A DNA stretch of 32,000 bases, from contig CP023991.1 in NCBI GenBank assembly GCA_003516025.1, forward strand, positions 60,001 through 92,000, given 5' to 3'. The notes below the pieces were generated by a model. The model was not told the origin of the DNA. It was given only the letters and a program-made list of their open reading frames with translations, and searched no databases. Positions 28,519-32,000 of the stretch are shown piece by piece (the first letter of the stretch is position 1; every line of letters starts with the position of its first letter). The position numbers and the translations under genes were made by a program. The stretch is from Candidatus Saccharimonadota bacterium. Its GTDB lineage: Bacteria > Patescibacteriota > Saccharimonadia > Saccharimonadales > UBA4665.

Positions 28519-30516
28519 ATGGCTGACAAAAGGACTATTCAGGTATCGGGTGGCGAGGACGACGCAAAGAACGACGAGCTCGAGAAGCACGTTGACCGGA
28601 TGATGGACAAAAGTTTGCCCGATGAGCAGCCAGCAACTTCCATAGCGCCTGCCGGTGCTCCCGACCTGCCCGAAATAGATATATTTGAAGGCAAGGACAT
28701 TCGTATTGAAAGCACCGATAACGACAGTAAGACTGAAAAAGTAGAGACCACCAGCGCCGACCCAGCCGCGGATAACGAAAATATTACCGCTGATCCTTCA
28801 GTTGAAAGTCCCTCGATCGATCCGCTGATAGACGACATTGTGTCCAATGAAGGCAATGAACTGCTGGCTGCCCAGGACGCTGAAATTGCCCGGGCGTTTA
28901 ATGACAAGCCGCTCACTTTTAAGCAGAAGGTTAAGAATTTCTTTGCAGCCTGGTGGCACAATAAAAAAGCTCGTTACGGCACTATCGCCGGAGTGGCCGC
29001 GCTCCTCATAGTCGCTGGCGTCATACCGTCCAGCCGCTATTTTATGCTTAATACGGCCGGTGTGCGAGCGCAGGCATCTCTGACGATACTCGACAAGACT
29101 ACCGGCCTGCCCCTCAAAAACGTCACGGTTACTCTCGGTGATCAAAATGTCAGGACTAACAGCAAGGGTACGGTGCAGGTGTCATCGGTCAAACTTGGTT
29201 CGCAGCTGTTAACGGTGCGGCAACTGGGCTTTGCCAAAGTCTCGCAGACCGTAACGCTCGGCCTCGGCAGCAATCCATTAGGAGAATTCAGCCTGCGGGC
29301 AGTCGGCACCCAATTTACGTTTAAATTGACCGATTACCTGTCGGGCAAGGCTGTTTCGGGCGCGGAGGTCTCAAGCGGTGAAGCTAACGCCAAGTCGGAC
29401 GCTAAGGGACACGTGGTGCTGACGATTGGTAAAATCGAGGCCGCGACCCTGAACGTTAAAGTTGCCAAAACACACTATCGCACGGAAAAGGTCGCCATCA
29501 ATACGACTGAAGCCAAAGAAACGCCGGTTACAATGGTGACTGACCGCAAGGAAGTCTACGTATCGAAGCAAAGCGGCAAATATGACGTCTATAAGATTGA
29601 TATCGACGGCAAGAACAAGCAGGTACTGCTACCGGCAACCGGCCTTGAGCGTTCGCAGCTTACCCTGGTGTCGCACGTCAGCGACAATGAAGCGGCTCTC
29701 GTATCATCCCGTAATGACAAACGTAATCAAGACGGTTATCTACTCGACACCCTGACAATCATCGATGTTAGTGACGGCTCTACGTTAACATTGGATTCTT
29801 CAGAAGAAATCCGGCTGATTGACTGGGTAGGGGATAAGCTCGTCTACCTTAAAATCAAAGCGGGCACCAGTGCCGGTAATCCCGAGCGTTTTCAGCTGAT
29901 ATCCTACGACTACAAGACCGCTAACCGGCAACAACTGGCCGCCGCGAACTATTTCAACGACATCGTGGCTGTTAAGGGCACGATTTATTACGCCTTTTCG
30001 GATAATTACCGGGGCGGTCCGTCGCAGTTCGTAAAAGTCAACGCCGACAATACCGGTAAGCAAACGTTGCTCGGCCAGCAAGTGTGGAATATTGTCCGGA
30101 CATCTTATGACGACCTGAGCTTGTATACCTATAACAATCAGGAACGCCGGGACAACTGGTACTTGTACCACGTCGGTGACAGTGAAGCCAAAAAGCTGGC
30201 ACAGGCTCCATCGAGCAGCTACGAGACGCGGTCGTACCTGGACGCGGCCGACGGTAAGCACTCATTATGGACTGAAAGCCGGGATGGCAAAGGCGCGCTG
30301 CTGGTTTACGACACTGCTAGCCGCAAAGATACTGTACTAACAACGCAAAGCGGCCTCACGCAGCCGCTGCGATGGCTGGATAGCAGGACAGTAGTGTACC
30401 GTATTGCCACCTCACAGGAAACCGCTTCGTACGCTAAAAGCCTGGACGGCGGCGAAGCCAGGAGGATCGTCGACGTTACCGCTGTAGGCGGTCTCGGCGG
30501 CAGTGGTCAGTACTAG
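28519..30516 (+). CDS. Membrane-anchored extracytoplasmic protein: acidic N-terminus, one TM helix, two PEGA/CarboxypepD_reg-like beta-sandwich modules, TolB-like beta-propeller-like C-terminal region (tentative)
   Basis: I use the ATG at 28519 (MADKRTIQVSGGEDD...); the track start at 28354 lies inside the RND gene. TM helix YGTIAGVAALLIVAGVI. Modules LTILDKTTGLPLKNVTVTLGDQNVRTNSKGTVQV and FTFKLTDYLSGKAVSGAEVSSGEANAKSDAKGHVVLTI. Later repeats resemble DVYKIDIDGKNKQVLL and LWTESRDGKGALLVYD. Confidence 0.65.
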   Translation: MADKRTIQVSGGEDDAKNDELEKHVDRMMDKSLPDEQPATSIAPAGAPDLPEIDIFEGKDIRIESTDNDSKTEKVETTSADPAADNENITADPSVESPSIDPLIDDIVSNEGNELLAAQDAEIARAFNDKPLTFKQKVKNFFAAWWHNKKARYGTIAGVAALLIVAGVIPSSRYFMLNTAGVRAQASLTILDKTTGLPLKNVTVTLGDQNVRTNSKGTVQVSSVKLGSQLLTVRQLGFAKVSQTVTLGLGSNPLGEFSLRAVGTQFTFKLTDYLSGKAVSGAEVSSGEANAKSDAKGHVVLTIGKIEAATLNVKVAKTHYRTEKVAINTTEAKETPVTMVTDRKEVYVSKQSGKYDVYKIDIDGKNKQVLLPATGLERSQLTLVSHVSDNEAALVSSRNDKRNQDGYLLDTLTIIDVSDGSTLTLDSSEEIRLIDWVGDKLVYLKIKAGTSAGNPERFQLISYDYKTANRQQLAAANYFNDIVAVKGTIYYAFSDNYRGGPSQFVKVNADNTGKQTLLGQQVWNIVRTSYDDLSLYTYNNQERRDNWYLYHVGDSEAKKLAQAPSSSYETRSYLDAADGKHSLWTESRDGKGALLVYDTASRKDTVLTTQSGLTQPLRWLDSRTVVYRIATSQETASYAKSLDGGEARRIVDVTAVGGLGGSGQY

Positions 30517-30539
30517 CTGTTTCTGTCATACTGACAGTA

Positions 30540-31400
30540 ATGGTCGGAAACCCTTTTTCTCATGCTCAAATTGATGAGTTTATAACAACATTATCTCTGT
30601 ATTATGACCATAGCGGCCGGCATGATATGTTGTGGCGCCAACCGTCAGTGAGTGATTCGACCGGATATTTTGATCCCTATAAAATCATGGTTTCTGAGTT
30701 GATGCTGCAACAAACGCAAGTCACCAGGGTAGCGACAAAATATGTAGAGTTTTTAACTACATTTCCTAAGGTTGAAAGTTTAGCGGAAGCCGAACTGAGC
30801 GAGGTTTTAAAGCTCTGGAACGGCCTTGGTTACAATCGACGCGCTAAGTTTATCTGGCAGGCAGCCCGGATGGTTATGGAAAAGCATGCTGGCATATTTC
30901 CTGATACGCTGGAAGGTCTGGTGAAATTGCCTGGCATAGGTCCGAATACGGCCGGTGCCATCATGGCTTACGCCTATAACCAGCCAATCGTATTTATTGA
31001 AACCAACGTCCGAACGGTTATAATCCACCACTTTTTCCCCGATCAGGATGCCGTCCCGGACGCGGCGGTTCGCTCGGCTATGGAGCAGGTGTTACCGCAA
31101 GCCGCCCGCGAAGGCCTAGAGCCGCGTCAGTTCTACTGGGCAATGATGGACTACGGCAGCCACCTGAAGGCTACGGTCGGTAATGTGAGCCGCCTTAGTA
31201 AACACTACGCCAAACAATCGGCCTTCGAGGGTTCAAAACGCCAATTGCGCGGCGCGGTCATCCGGTTGCTTGCTGCCGGTCCGCAGACGCTCGCCCAGCT
31301 TAAAGGCGCAGTCAGTGATGAGCGGCTTGACGAAATACTGGACGGATTGGTGCGGGAGGAAATGCTCCAGTATAAGTCTGAGTTATATCAACTCGGCTAA
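30540..31400 (+). CDS. MutY-like HhH-GPD adenine glycosylase homolog lacking Fe-S-cluster cysteines and the NUDIX-like domain
   Basis: 286 aa. Contains VSELMLQQTQV (catalytic Glu context), LWNGLGYNRRAKF, LPGIGPNTAGAIMAYAY (HhH) and FYWAMMDYG. There are zero Cys in the whole protein. The C-terminal ~50 aa look winged-helix-like. Confidence 0.8.
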   Translation: MVGNPFSHAQIDEFITTLSLYYDHSGRHDMLWRQPSVSDSTGYFDPYKIMVSELMLQQTQVTRVATKYVEFLTTFPKVESLAEAELSEVLKLWNGLGYNRRAKFIWQAARMVMEKHAGIFPDTLEGLVKLPGIGPNTAGAIMAYAYNQPIVFIETNVRTVIIHHFFPDQDAVPDAAVRSAMEQVLPQAAREGLEPRQFYWAMMDYGSHLKATVGNVSRLSKHYAKQSAFEGSKRQLRGAVIRLLAAGPQTLAQLKGAVSDERLDEILDGLVREEMLQYKSELYQLG

Positions 31401-31429
31401 ACACGTAGAATATTGTATAATAGTAGATT

Positions 31430-32000
31430 ATGACTGTTTTTCACCAACTAACTGAGCCTGCCGTCGTGGCCGCTCTGCGATCCGGCGCTGTCGGGGTATT
31501 GCCAGGTGACACGGTCTACGGCCTTATGGCCTCGGCTGGCAATCCTGACGCTGTCACAAAATTGTTCCAGCTAAAGCAACGCGAAAACAAACCGGGCACG
31601 GTTATCGCGGCCAGTGTTGACCAACTCGTCGAACTTGGTCTGAAGCGCCGCTACCTGACAGCGGTTGAACAGTATTGGCCGGGGCCGGTAAGCGTGATCA
31701 TTCCGGTCGATAACCGTGAAGAATTAAATTATTTGCATCAAGGCCTGTATGGTTTGGCGGTACGCATCCCGAAAGACGACCAACTCCTCAAGTTACTGCA
31801 GGAAACTGGTCCGCTTATGACTTCAAGCGCCAATTTAGCCGGACAGCCAACTTCAACGACGCTTCGGCAGGCACAGGAGTACTTCGGCGAAAAAGCTGAC
31901 TTTTACGTCGAAGGCGGTGACTTATCCGACCGGCTGCCATCAACGGTTATTCGAATTATAGATGATGCCGTGGAAGTCGTGCGCCAGGGCGCTGTTATAA
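31430..32000 (+). CDS. tsaC: L-threonylcarbamoyladenylate synthase (TsaC/YrdC/Sua5 family), partial (continues beyond right edge)
   Basis: Absent from the ORF track because no stop lies in the window. Hand translation from the ATG at 31430 gives MTVFHQLTEPAVVAALRSGAVGVLPGDTVYGLMASAGNPDAVTKLFQLKQRENKPGTVIAAS...TSSANLAGQP...STVIRI, matching YrdC-domain motifs. Confidence 0.85.
   Translation, partial: MTVFHQLTEPAVVAALRSGAVGVLPGDTVYGLMASAGNPDAVTKLFQLKQRENKPGTVIAASVDQLVELGLKRRYLTAVEQYWPGPVSVIIPVDNREELNYLHQGLYGLAVRIPKDDQLLKLLQETGPLMTSSANLAGQPTSTTLRQAQEYFGEKADFYVEGGDLSDRLPSTVIRIIDDAVEVVRQGAVI

Overview
Gene-dense bacterial chromosome segment read with the standard code: TGA acts as a stop inside ATGA-coupled gene junctions. 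There are many 1-4 nt gene overlaps and almost no intergenic space. I saw no rRNA, tRNA, CRISPR array, transposase, integrase or recognisable defence genes. Positions 1-20039 form a cell-envelope glycan locus. It holds a tandem GT-B glycosyltransferase cut by the left edge, a secreted repeat protein plus a coupled membrane-anchored partner, and two GT-C membrane glycosyltransferases. It also holds a gtrB-like/gtrA-like pair, rmlA-D, galE, a PMM/PGM mutase, a small cytidylyltransferase-family gene, a GT4, a WbaP-type initiating phosphotransferase, a Wzy_C/O-antigen-ligase-family protein and two more GtrA-like genes. Positions 20064-32000 are housekeeping: a LexA-DNA-binding-domain-only protein, nadD, a DsbA-like oxidoreductase, a CNNM/CBS protein, aspS, an AlkA-like glycosylase, a short RND permease, a membrane-anchored PEGA/beta-propeller-like protein, a cysteine-free MutY-like glycosylase and a TsaC/YrdC gene cut by the right edge. 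The two edge-truncated ORFs (1-1997 minus, 31430-32000 plus) are missing from the supplied track and were found by hand translation. The most notable points are: (i) a gtrB-gtrA-GT-C decoration cassette directly downstream of the rhamnose operon, inside an AT-richer left block; (ii) three GtrA-like paralogs, each coupled to a different glycan enzyme; (iii) a stand-alone promoter/30-codon ORF/terminator unit in the only large intergenic gap; (iv) domain-reduced regulators and repair enzymes; (v) -10-like hexamers 6-10 nt upstream of many housekeeping starts, suggesting leaderless mRNAs. Nothing here is demonstrably a new system from sequence alone. All family assignments come from motifs read in the translations, not from database searches. 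The overall picture resembles a small-genome, possibly Patescibacteria/Saccharibacteria-like organism, but that is unverified inference.
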